Source: Candidatus Kaiserbacteria bacterium (GTDB taxonomy: Bacteria; Patescibacteriota; Minisyncoccia; Phycocordibacterales; UBA2100). From it: DNA of 64,000 nt. The DNA is taken from NCBI GenBank assembly GCA_023267655.1, contig JAHFMV010000001.1, positions 95,954 to 159,953 on the forward strand, given 5' to 3'. The notes under the pieces were generated by a model. That model worked only from the letters and a program-made list of their open reading frames with translations. It was not told the origin of the DNA and did no database searches. Shown in pieces: positions 8,503 through 17,027 of the stretch; positions within the stretch are counted from its first letter, which is position 1; the number at the start of each line of letters is the position of its first letter. The position numbers and the translations under genes were made by a program.

Positions 8503-9486
8503 ATGTTAGTTGGAAAAGCGTCTCCGGACGACATGAATTTGCATCCTATACGCTATCAGTGGGCGTATGATCTCTATCAGCAAGCAGTCAGAAACACGTG
8601 GTTCCCGCACGAAATTGCGCTCAAAGAAGACCTCGGCGACTGGGCAAACATGACCGACGACGAGCGGCATGCGGTGAAATTCCTCATGGCGTTCTTCAAC
8701 CCAGCGGAACTGATTGTGAACCGCTCGATCGCGCTCGGTATTTATCCGTATCTCAAATCACCGGAGTGCCACTTGTATCTCGCCAAACAAATGTGGGAAG
8801 AGGCAAACCACTGCGTCGCATTCGAGTACGTCTTGCAGACGTTCCCGTTTGATCGCACCGAAGTCTTTGGCATCCATTTGCAGACACCATCGATGCTCGC
8901 CAAAGAAGCGTACATCAACAGATACATGAAGCGGATGATGGAAGATTCGCTCGATGTGGAGACGCCGGAAGGGAAGAAAGACTTTCTGCGCAATCTCGTC
9001 GCGACGAACATCGTGATGGAAGGCATTTGGTTCTATTCGGGATTCATGGTGGCGCTTTCATTCCGTCAGAGAAATCAGCTGCGCAATTTGGGCTCGATGA
9101 TCAATTGGGTGATCCGCGATGAATCGCTCCATTTGAAATTCGGGATCAATCTCATTCATAACATCCTTGAAGAGAACGCAGAATTAGTCGATGCGTCGTT
9201 TGCGCAGGAAATCGCCGGTATCATCGTCGAAGGTGTGAATTTGGAGACCGCCTACAACCAAGACCTCTTCCCGCGCGGCATCCTCGGGCTGAACGCGGAT
9301 TATGTAAATCAATACGTGCAATACGTTGCGGATCGCCGTTTGGAGGAATTAGGCCTCGGCAAGCACTACAACGTCACCAATCCGGCAAAATGGATGTCCA
9401 CGGCGACGGATGTCTTTGAGTTGGTCAACTTCTTCGAGGCTCAGAATACGTCGTACGAGGTGGATTCTGGCTCGAAACATAAGTAA
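8503..9486 (+). CDS. nrdB: Ribonucleotide reductase beta subunit, class Ic (Mn/Fe R2c)-like
   Basis: FFNPAE (Glu as first ligand), EEANHCVAF (Phe at radical-Tyr site), MEGIWFYSGF, RDESLH, NFFE. Confidence 0.93.
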   Translation: MLVGKASPDDMNLHPIRYQWAYDLYQQAVRNTWFPHEIALKEDLGDWANMTDDERHAVKFLMAFFNPAELIVNRSIALGIYPYLKSPECHLYLAKQMWEEANHCVAFEYVLQTFPFDRTEVFGIHLQTPSMLAKEAYINRYMKRMMEDSLDVETPEGKKDFLRNLVATNIVMEGIWFYSGFMVALSFRQRNQLRNLGSMINWVIRDESLHLKFGINLIHNILEENAELVDASFAQEIAGIIVEGVNLETAYNQDLFPRGILGLNADYVNQYVQYVADRRLEELGLGKHYNVTNPAKWMSTATDVFELVNFFEAQNTSYEVDSGSKHK

Positions 9487-9501
9487 TCCGCTCGCGGCTA
9501 A

Positions 9502-9619
9502 GAAGTTTGAAAACCCGACGCCGCCGGAAAACCTCCTCTCGGTTGCGCTCCGGGCCGCTAGGCCAAGTCTTGCAACCTCGCTGAGCTTTTCCGGCGCCGT
9601 TTGACGTTTTTCAAACTTC
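9502..9619. repeat. About 115-bp structured repeat or MITE, copy A
   Basis: 12-bp terminal IR gaagtttgaaaa/ttttcaaacttc; interior nearly identical to the reverse complement of 43395-43509. Confidence 0.9.
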
Positions 9620-9686
9620 AAAGTCGACTCACTGCTGTCGCTGTAAAAAAGAATCGCGGCAGAGCTTTCGCTCTGCCGCACATTGC

Positions 9687-9983
9687 CTACACGAACATTT
9701 CCCAATTACTCTCCGCAAATGGATGCATGAGAAGATACGCTTGGTACAGTTTCCTTTCGAAGTCAGGCGTTCCTCGCTCATCACGCTTCTCGAAACCATA
9801 TAGCTCCGCCGCTAGCCTGTTGAATGCTTCGATGTTTGCCGCGAAGCAACGCCGGAATACCGGGACATCTCTGTACATGTCACCCATGAAATGTTCATTG
9901 GGTTTCCCGCAGAAGAAAAGGGCGAAGTTGTTCTGTTGTATGTCGAACTCCTCAAGACTGAGGACGGGGTCTTTGTTGGCCAT
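9687..9983 (-). CDS. Hypothetical protein
   Basis: 98-aa ORF with strong AGGAGG SD. Confidence 0.65.
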   Translation of the reverse strand: MANKDPVLSLEEFDIQQNNFALFFCGKPNEHFMGDMYRDVPVFRRCFAANIEAFNRLAAELYGFEKRDERGTPDFERKLYQAYLLMHPFAESNWEMFV

Positions 9984-10078
9984 TGTCGCCTCCTGGCTAT
10001 CAGTGGTTGTACTGCGCGCAACAATACGATTCTTCAGTCAAATTGGCAAGGAAAATTGGGTAGGAGCCGTTTATGACA

Positions 10079-10108
10079 AACCCCTCAAATAGCGGTATTT
10101 GAGGGGTT
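10079..10108 (-). terminator. Hairpin downstream of the PIN toxin gene
   Basis: aacccctcaaata-gcgg-tatttgaggggtt, 13-bp stem. Confidence 0.55.
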
Positions 10109-10115
10109 CGGCGGG

Positions 10116-10484
10116 TTAGACCTTCTTGATTTGGAGGCCGGGGATTTTCTTGAAATCGCGGACATTGCGGGTAAAAAGGGTTGCTCGTGCCGCGAGAGCT
10201 GTCGCAGCGACAACGCTATCGCCGAGGGACATACTGTAATCACGACGCAGGATGCCCGCTGCTTGCGCCAGATCAGCGTCGAGCTTTACGACGAGAGTCG
10301 AGTTGAGAAATGATTCGATTTTTTGCATCTCTGTCTGCGATGTTTTTGTTGAACTCCAAAGCTCGGTGATTACGATCGAGGGAACAATGATGATTTCGTC
10401 AGCGAGAATAGAGGAGAGAATTGCCAAGGCTTCACGATCGTCATTAACGTAGTAGACGATCGCATTGGTATCGAGTACGTACAT
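10116..10484 (-). CDS. vapC: PIN-domain (VapC) toxin
   Basis: MYVLDTN...ITEL...LGDSVVAATA...TRNVRDF PIN signature. Confidence 0.92.
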   Translation of the reverse strand: MYVLDTNAIVYYVNDDREALAILSSILADEIIIVPSIVITELWSSTKTSQTEMQKIESFLNSTLVVKLDADLAQAAGILRRDYSMSLGDSVVAATALAARATLFTRNVRDFKKIPGLQIKKV

Positions 10485-10491
10485 GTCGCAC

Positions 10492-10647
10492 TTAACGATC
10501 CCAAGATTTACGCGCCTGGCGCATTTCGCGCAGGATCGCTTTGCCGCGCGCGCCTTTCCACATGCCTTTTATGCGCGCCAATGCTGCTCGCCGTGCCACG
10601 AGATCAGCCTTTGTCGGCTTTGGGATTTTGATGACAGGCATGTTCAT
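10492..10647 (-). CDS. Putative small antitoxin, 51 aa (absent from the ORF track)
   Basis: MNMPVIKIPKPTKADLVARRAALARIKGMWKGARGKAILREMRQARKSWDR; ends 7 nt before vapC; TGcTATACT -10 upstream. Confidence 0.75.
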   Translation of the reverse strand: MNMPVIKIPKPTKADLVARRAALARIKGMWKGARGKAILREMRQARKSWDR

Positions 10648-10707
10648 ATGACGGGAGTATAGCATATACGCAAACGAATCGCGGCAGGGGATGCCTGCCG
10701 CGGAGAC

Positions 10708-11259
10708 TCACTTCTTTAGTTTTTCTTCGTGCATTTTTCTGCAGTCGGCAACAAGTGCATCTAAAGCTCGCACAGCGTTTTGTTCGTTATGAATCATATC
10801 TTCGTACGACTGCAACGTTCCATCAACTCTTGGAATGCCGATGTCGAGCGTCTCGCCATGAGACTTCATCGCCGCATTAAACACACCCCGGATTTCAATG
10901 GTCTTGTCCTGGAGCTTGAGGGGTCGAGACATCCAGCCTTTGATAGCAACCATATGCGTCCTCGACGGGGGCCCAATGATGACTTCAATAAGGGGGAAAA
11001 GCACCTGCGTGTTATTTCCCAGCTTGATCGACCCCATCGAATTTGGTCCGTAACACTTGATAAGCCATGTCGGTTCCGATTTATCTCCCGCATGAGGATA
11101 CGTTGGAATGGTCGTCACGCGCGAACCGATCTTTGAAGCGTTCGTCACAATCCAACGGAGGTCTTCAAAGTTTGTGAACCTTATTTTCTCTTCTTGTGAT
11201 TCCGCAGGCGCTGCACACACGCAAAGTGCAACTAGAATCATCTTCAGAATTTTCGTCAT
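10708..11259 (-). CDS. Hypothetical secreted protein
   Basis: GGAGG SD and signal-peptide-like MTKILKMILVALCVCAAPA. Confidence 0.65.
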   Translation of the reverse strand: MTKILKMILVALCVCAAPAESQEEKIRFTNFEDLRWIVTNASKIGSRVTTIPTYPHAGDKSEPTWLIKCYGPNSMGSIKLGNNTQVLFPLIEVIIGPPSRTHMVAIKGWMSRPLKLQDKTIEIRGVFNAAMKSHGETLDIGIPRVDGTLQSYEDMIHNEQNAVRALDALVADCRKMHEEKLKK

Positions 11260-11362
11260 TTTCTCCTCCACTTTTCTGCCGGCCATTTCAGCAGCTGCGT
11301 GCAACAGTACAATTCTTTCGTCAAACGAGCAAGAATGGTAGAATATAGATATAACTAACCGT

Positions 11363-11659
11363 ATGGAACCAGATTTTAATTTTTCGACGGGGCCAGAGAA
11401 GGTGTTTATCGAGGGATTTCATGCACGTATTCTGAACGGCATCCTGCACATCGTCTTTCGCTCGGCGGAAAAGTCATATTCATTTGTCTTGCCGCTGGAT
11501 TTGACGAAAAAACTCTCGCGCGGGCTTGCCGCGCAGGTGGAGGAAATTGAAAAGAAAAACAACATCGTGATTGATGGACGATTACCGAACGAACCAATGG
11601 TCTCGCCGATCCAAGCACAAATTATCGAAGGGGACACGCCACCGGAAGAGAAGAAATAA
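11363..11659 (+). CDS. Hypothetical protein (possibly DUF3467-like)
   Basis: 98-aa ORF; C-terminal KKLSRGLAAQVEEIEKK helix resembles that family; weak call. Confidence 0.55.
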   Translation: MEPDFNFSTGPEKVFIEGFHARILNGILHIVFRSAEKSYSFVLPLDLTKKLSRGLAAQVEEIEKKNNIVIDGRLPNEPMVSPIQAQIIEGDTPPEEKK

Positions 11660-11698
11660 AAAAGAAGAGCCGGCGCGTACTCGCGCCGGCGTGCATTT

Positions 11699-12226
11699 CT
11701 ACGTTTCCGCAACTTTCTTTCGAAGGTGTTTGATGAGACCGGCAACGATGCCCTCATAATAGGATTGCAAGTGTTCTCGTGACCACATCACTTTGAAGGC
11801 AATTGATGCCTCCGTATACAGTGGCACGTAGGCATCAAATTCGCCGTCAGGTCCATTGTCGACAAACGCTACCGGAACCTCGGCAAGAAAGCCGACTGGA
11901 ACCGATCGTCCCCGCGCGTTGATTTCAAATCGTGGGACAAATTCTTCGAATGTAAGGATCAACCGCCATGTTTCCTTTTTCTCGAATTTTACATTGACCT
12001 CAAACATCCCCACACCGGAATCAACATCCGAAAGAGTAAATTTAAACGCCCCCCTTGGTTTATTGGAATACAGACGTGCGAGTCGCATGAACTCCGCCAT
12101 ATTAGGTTTGTCTGATGCCTGTGCGGGCGACTGCTGAACATCGGTGACGATGCCGATGATCATGATGATAGCTCCAGCAATAACGGCAATAATCCACCAC
12201 CAGTGTTCTTTCCATATCCGTGCCAT
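11699..12226 (-). CDS. Hypothetical membrane-anchored protein
   Basis: GGAG SD before MARIWKEHWWW, followed by a TM helix. Confidence 0.6.
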   Translation of the reverse strand: MARIWKEHWWWIIAVIAGAIIMIIGIVTDVQQSPAQASDKPNMAEFMRLARLYSNKPRGAFKFTLSDVDSGVGMFEVNVKFEKKETWRLILTFEEFVPRFEINARGRSVPVGFLAEVPVAFVDNGPDGEFDAYVPLYTEASIAFKVMWSREHLQSYYEGIVAGLIKHLRKKVAET

Positions 12227-12317
12227 GTTTCTCTCCATCGGCTACGACTTCTTGTACCAGTGAATCACTTTTACCCGGAAATGCCAAACCCCCGCGATTA
12301 GCGGGGGTTGTGACATA

Positions 12318-12635
12318 TCTGCACATTAAGCCGGATTCTGTCGAGAGCAGCCATTTATCTGGGATGAGTGTTGCCACTCACCTCAAGCGGTTCTCCGTTC
12401 AGTTTTTAGGCTGGACGACACGACCTTGCACGTAGATAGGAAATTTAGCCGTTGCACCCGGTATGTTTCCATACCGATTGATCCTTGCGGATCCCTTTGT
12501 CTCTCGACGCGGGCGTCACTGTTCGCATCCCTAGGATTACCCCGGCGGGCGTTACCCGCTACCGTCCTGCACCGTAAGGTGCACGTGTCCGGACTTTCCT
12601 CTCAATCTTTCGAAAGAGCGACTGCTTAATGCAGA
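12318..12635 (-). ncRNA. rnpB: RNase P RNA
   Basis: Minus strand has GAGGAAAGTCCGG near the 5' end and ACAGAATCCGGCTTA near the 3' end; P1 pairing tctgca/tgcaga. Confidence 0.95.
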
Positions 12636-12707
12636 AAAGTACTATACCATTTTTCTCCACAGTGCGCGAGCGCTTGAGATTTTTTCGAGCATGCTACAAT
12701 TTCCGGA

Positions 12708-15029
12708 ATGGAATTACACGCAACGTCTCGTCGAGGTATTTTTAGTGTTGCTGATGGCATCACGCGGATTTTTTTAGTTGGGCTCGCGGCGATCCTGCCG
12801 TTTTTCATTATCCCGCTCCCGTATGCAGCGGTCGCGCAATCGAAAGTGTTGTTCATCGCCGCGGTGGTTATCATCGCTATCATCGTATGGGTGTATGCGC
12901 GGCTCACCGAGGGCATCGTGCACGTGCCACAAAGCAGCCTCGTGTACGTGAGCATGTTGCTGCCTATCGCGTATCTCATCTCGACTCTTGCTACCGGATG
13001 GAATACCGCGTCACTCGTCGGACAAGGTACGGAACAAGATACACTCGCCGCGGTTGCGCTTATGTCGTCACTCTTTGTCCTCACGGCATTTGCGTTCGTC
13101 GGTAACAACGCGGCAATGCGCCTCGTAGTACAAGGGCTCGTTCTCGGACTCATTGGCCTCTTTGCGCTCGAAGCGCTCTACGTGTTCTTCCCGCAGTGGT
13201 TCTCGCTCGGGGGCGCTCTTGTCGGGCAAACGGCGAACCCATTTGGCTCATGGCACGACCTCGGCATCATTGCCGGCTTATCGTTTTTCATTTCGGTAAT
13301 GCTATGGCGTGCGGATTACTTCACCGGCTGGAAGCGATACATCCCGATTGCTTTGTCTCTCTGTGCGGCGTTTTTCCTGATCGTCATCCATTTTAATGAT
13401 GTGTTATGGGCGACGGCGATTTTGTTTGGCATTACGGTTGCCGCGGTTGCACGCACGTCACTCTCGCACGACGGCCTAACGCCCGTGCAAACGCTGCGTC
13501 GCGTGGCCGTTCCGTTTGCACTCGCCGTCGTTCTCGCGGGCGCGGCCTTTTTCGGCACAAAAATATGGGACAAACTTCCCGCACCAATCCAAATCGTGCA
13601 GACGGAGGTGCGTCCATCGTGGCAGGGCACGTTCGACGTTGCGAAACAGTCTCTCCAAGCACCGGGCGAATTTATTTTCGGCTCGGGTCCGAATTCATTC
13701 ATTCGCGAGTGGGGATTGCACAAGCCGACGAGCGTGAATGCGACGCCGTTTTGGGATTCTGATTTCAATTATGGTGTGGGCATCATTCCAACCTCGATAT
13801 TTACCGCTGGCGCGATCGGCCTCATCGCATGGGCAGCACTCATTCTCGTGATGCTCGGCCTCGTGTGGCGCTTTGTGCGCGAATCACGACCATTGAGCCA
13901 CGGGCGCGCTCTCTTTGGCGTCACGCTCGTTAGCATCGCGTACCTCGTTGCGTACTACATGATCTACACGCCGGGGACGGCGCTCACGGCCGCGACATTC
14001 ATCGGCCTCGGCTTCCTTGCAGTCCTCGCGACCGGCGACGCGCCACTGCGCGTGGTGCGCATTGGTGTCTCGAATATCGGCGATGGAATACGAATGCTGA
14101 TTCTTGTTGTCATCGTTCTCGCGGCGATTGCTGCAGCGGGTATCGTCGGACGGGAAGTTCTTTCGAATATCTTTGTCAACAAAGCCGCGTACATTTATCA
14201 GAACTCAAATGATGTCGCACAGTCAGGAAACGTCCTTGGAGTCGCGCTTCTTATTTCTCCGCGCAATGATCGCGCGCATCGCGCGGCAGCGGAATTGGGC
14301 ATTGTCGAGCTTGCAAAACAGATCAAAGAAACTGATCCGAACAATCAGGCAGCCGCGCAGAAATTAAAAGTGACGCTGCAAGATACGATCCAGCATGGTC
14401 TCACCGCGGTCTCAATCGACGGCACCAACTACCAAAATTGGCTCTTGCTCGCGCAGGTATACAGCAATTTGGCCGGCGCAAATATCGCCGGCGCGTACGA
14501 TCAAGCAAAAACAGCGTATGAAAAGGCGTTTGCCGCGCATCCGACGAATCCGGTGCCGAAGTTCCGTCTTGCGCAGCTTGCGGTCGCCGCAGGCGACCGC
14601 GCATCTGCTCGTACGTACTTGCAGGATGCACTCAAGTTAAAGCCTGATTTTGCCGCGGCGCAGTTCTTACTCTCGCAAGTCGAAGCGGCCGATGGCAAAG
14701 GCGATGCCGCCGTGACCGCCGCAACGGCCGCAGTGCAGCAAGTACCGCAAGACCCGCTCGGCTGGTTTAATCTCGGCTATATCTTATATGCCGGACAGTC
14801 GTACCAAAATGCCGCGCAGGCGCTTGCGCAAGCCGTGCAGCTCGCGCCCGATTATTCCAACGCACTGTTCTATCTCGGCTTAAGTCTCTATCATGTGGGT
14901 GACAAAGCGGATGCGGTCATTGCGCTTGATCGCGTCGTGCAATTGAATCCGGGTGAGGCGTGGGTGGCGCAAGTATCGGCGAACATTAAAGCTGGCAAAG
15001 ATCCAATGGCGGGAGTACAGCAAAAATAA
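12708..15029 (+). CDS. Polytopic membrane protein (O-antigen ligase-like) with C-terminal TPR repeats
   Basis: About 12 TM helices, FIFGSGPNSF loop motif, C-terminal TPR repeats (GWFNLGYILY, ALFYLGLSLY). Confidence 0.8.
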   Translation: MELHATSRRGIFSVADGITRIFLVGLAAILPFFIIPLPYAAVAQSKVLFIAAVVIIAIIVWVYARLTEGIVHVPQSSLVYVSMLLPIAYLISTLATGWNTASLVGQGTEQDTLAAVALMSSLFVLTAFAFVGNNAAMRLVVQGLVLGLIGLFALEALYVFFPQWFSLGGALVGQTANPFGSWHDLGIIAGLSFFISVMLWRADYFTGWKRYIPIALSLCAAFFLIVIHFNDVLWATAILFGITVAAVARTSLSHDGLTPVQTLRRVAVPFALAVVLAGAAFFGTKIWDKLPAPIQIVQTEVRPSWQGTFDVAKQSLQAPGEFIFGSGPNSFIREWGLHKPTSVNATPFWDSDFNYGVGIIPTSIFTAGAIGLIAWAALILVMLGLVWRFVRESRPLSHGRALFGVTLVSIAYLVAYYMIYTPGTALTAATFIGLGFLAVLATGDAPLRVVRIGVSNIGDGIRMLILVVIVLAAIAAAGIVGREVLSNIFVNKAAYIYQNSNDVAQSGNVLGVALLISPRNDRAHRAAAELGIVELAKQIKETDPNNQAAAQKLKVTLQDTIQHGLTAVSIDGTNYQNWLLLAQVYSNLAGANIAGAYDQAKTAYEKAFAAHPTNPVPKFRLAQLAVAAGDRASARTYLQDALKLKPDFAAAQFLLSQVEAADGKGDAAVTAATAAVQQVPQDPLGWFNLGYILYAGQSYQNAAQALAQAVQLAPDYSNALFYLGLSLYHVGDKADAVIALDRVVQLNPGEAWVAQVSANIKAGKDPMAGVQQK

Positions 15030-15151
15030 TTTTTAATTATCAATTTCCGATTTTCAATCAACCTCCAATGCAGCAATTTTCAAACAGAGTTCTTTTCAAA
15101 TCATTGGAACATTGAGAATTCAATGAAAATTGAGAATTGTAAATTGAAATT
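15028..15151. repeat. Heptad-periodic (AATTTTC) AT-rich hairpin element
   Basis: Left arm aattttt aattatc aatttcc gattttc pairs with right arm gaaaatt gagaatt gtaaatt gaaatt; homologous to 39003-39111. Confidence 0.8.
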
Positions 15152-15157
15152 TCTCTT

Positions 15158-16573
15158 TTAAAATTTCGCTAAAAGGGCATCTATCACTTCCTCCGTCTCG
15201 GACGGTGAAGATATTTGCCTTGTCTGAATTCCCGTCGGAATAACGACAGCATCATTGCCGCCTTCATAAAATCCATCGCCGATGAAGCGCATGTCGCTCG
15301 GATGGACGCGCAGTTCTTTGGCGAGCCATTCGACCCCATGCGCTTTCGTCATGCCGAGGCGTGTTACGTCGACTGTCGTTTTTCCGCCGATGAGGACTTC
15401 GTATTCGGGAAGTTTAGTCTTCACGATAGTAATCATTTTCTGGCGTTTCTCGCTCGTCGGATCCCACGCACGCTTTTCGGCCTGCGACGCGCCGTCAGGG
15501 AGCGCCGTAAAGGCGACCGATGTATCACGTTCAAGAATACGCGACGTGTCGCTATTTTCGCTAAAGATTTTGCTTTCGCGTACCGCGTCTTTGAGAGTTG
15601 TCGAGATTTTCATGCGTTCACTGTCCGTGAGCGGAAAGTTATACTTTTCGCGCCATTCATGATGCTCCCACGCGTGGCATTGCGCAGCGCTATCGGAAAA
15701 AACGTACCAATGAGCATCGGTTGGTTCCTTTGGAATTCGACTCAAGATATCGCGTTCCATACGCGCGTATGCCGCGCCCGACATGATCGCGATTGGGATT
15801 TTTTGGGAAAGACGCAACAGCTTGTCGAGGATTGTATCGCTCGGCGGGACAAAACTGTCCGCGAGTGTGTCGTCCATGTCGAAAATAATCGCGCGTGGCA
15901 ATGATCCAGAAAGGTTTAACCTTTCTCGCGGCTCTGTTGTGGGCTGGAAAAGGTTAAACCTTTTTTCTGATCCCTGTTTGGCCATTTTTTGTTTGAAAAT
16001 TTCGTACGCGATCGGCAGCATCGTGACGAGAATGATGCCGATGATGATGTATTCGAGATAGTGCTCGATACCGGGAATCGAGTGCCCAAGGAAGTAACCG
16101 CCAAACGTAAATCCACCGCCCCAAATTAACGCCCCGAGGACGTTGTAAAAGAGGAAGGTGCGGTATTGCATGGCGCCCACGCCGGCGAGGATCGGCGCAA
16201 ACGTGCGGACGATCGGGATAAACCGTGCGAGCAGGATCGTTTTCGTGCCGTGCTTCTCAAAAAAGTCATGCGTCTGCCGCAAGTATGCTTTCTTGAAAAA
16301 ACGCGAGTCTTCGCGTTTGAAAAGCGCCGGGCCGACCCATGCGCCAAACCAATAGCCGATTGAATCGCCGAGGATTGCAGCCGTGAGAACGATCGCAAGA
16401 AGTATGTAAATATTGAGGAATCCTTGTGAAGCGAGGAATCCGGACGTGAACAGGAGGGAAGCGCCCGGGAGCGACACCGCAAAGAACAGCCCGCTCTCGG
16501 CAAGAATAATCGCAAAAATGCCCGGATACCCGAGGATTTGAATCAAGTGAGCAAGATCGATCCCGAAGAGCAT
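15158..16573 (-). CDS. DedA (VTT) domain fused to HAD-IIB phosphatase/phosphomannomutase-like domain
   Basis: N-terminal LAESGLF..LPG.SLLF, ARFIPIVRTF; C-terminal FDMDDTL, SGA, TKAHG, IGD...GGND. Confidence 0.85.
   Translation of the reverse strand: MLFGIDLAHLIQILGYPGIFAIILAESGLFFAVSLPGASLLFTSGFLASQGFLNIYILLAIVLTAAILGDSIGYWFGAWVGPALFKREDSRFFKKAYLRQTHDFFEKHGTKTILLARFIPIVRTFAPILAGVGAMQYRTFLFYNVLGALIWGGGFTFGGYFLGHSIPGIEHYLEYIIIGIILVTMLPIAYEIFKQKMAKQGSEKRFNLFQPTTEPRERLNLSGSLPRAIIFDMDDTLADSFVPPSDTILDKLLRLSQKIPIAIMSGAAYARMERDILSRIPKEPTDAHWYVFSDSAAQCHAWEHHEWREKYNFPLTDSERMKISTTLKDAVRESKIFSENSDTSRILERDTSVAFTALPDGASQAEKRAWDPTSEKRQKMITIVKTKLPEYEVLIGGKTTVDVTRLGMTKAHGVEWLAKELRVHPSDMRFIGDGFYEGGNDAVVIPTGIQTRQISSPSETEEVIDALLAKF
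15908..15964. repeat. REP-like doublet inside the DedA-HAD linker
   Basis: agaaaggtttaacctttct ... aaaaggttaaacctttt; homologous in reverse to intergenic 41767-41825. Confidence 0.75.
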
Positions 16574-16693
16574 GAGTGAGTAGTATGACGCAGAAACGCC
16601 TAAGAACCAACACATATGATCAGGTGTTCCGGTTTGACGTCGATTAAGGTAAGGGGTATTCTATTTTAAGAATTCAACAGGGAGATCACAGCA

Positions 16694-16990
16694 ATGGGCG
16701 ATTCAACATTAGCCGCACGTATCAAGGCGTATCGTGTCGAGAAGAACTTAACAGCGAAAGCGCTCAGTAAAGCGTTGCGCCTGGAGGGCTCGACAATAGG
16801 GCAGATCGAGCGCGGAGTTAGAGCATGTAGCGCAGAAATCACCGCCAAGATTGAGAATTTCATGACACATGCGACAGAAGAGCAGCTTGTTCGATTTCGA
16901 ATTGATCGGCGGGGAAAAAGACGCTACTCGAAAAATACACTTTGGGACGTACCGACGATAGAGGAAATCGACGAGGAACTCTCCCGGTGA
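16694..16990 (+). CDS. XRE-family HTH protein
   Basis: IKAYRVEKNLTAKALSKAL...STIGQIERG HTH pattern; GGAG SD. Confidence 0.8.
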   Translation: MGDSTLAARIKAYRVEKNLTAKALSKALRLEGSTIGQIERGVRACSAEITAKIENFMTHATEEQLVRFRIDRRGKRRYSKNTLWDVPTIEEIDEELSR

Positions 16991-17027
16991 AATCGCACAC
17001 CGGCTCGCAAGGGAAACTGCGAGCCGT

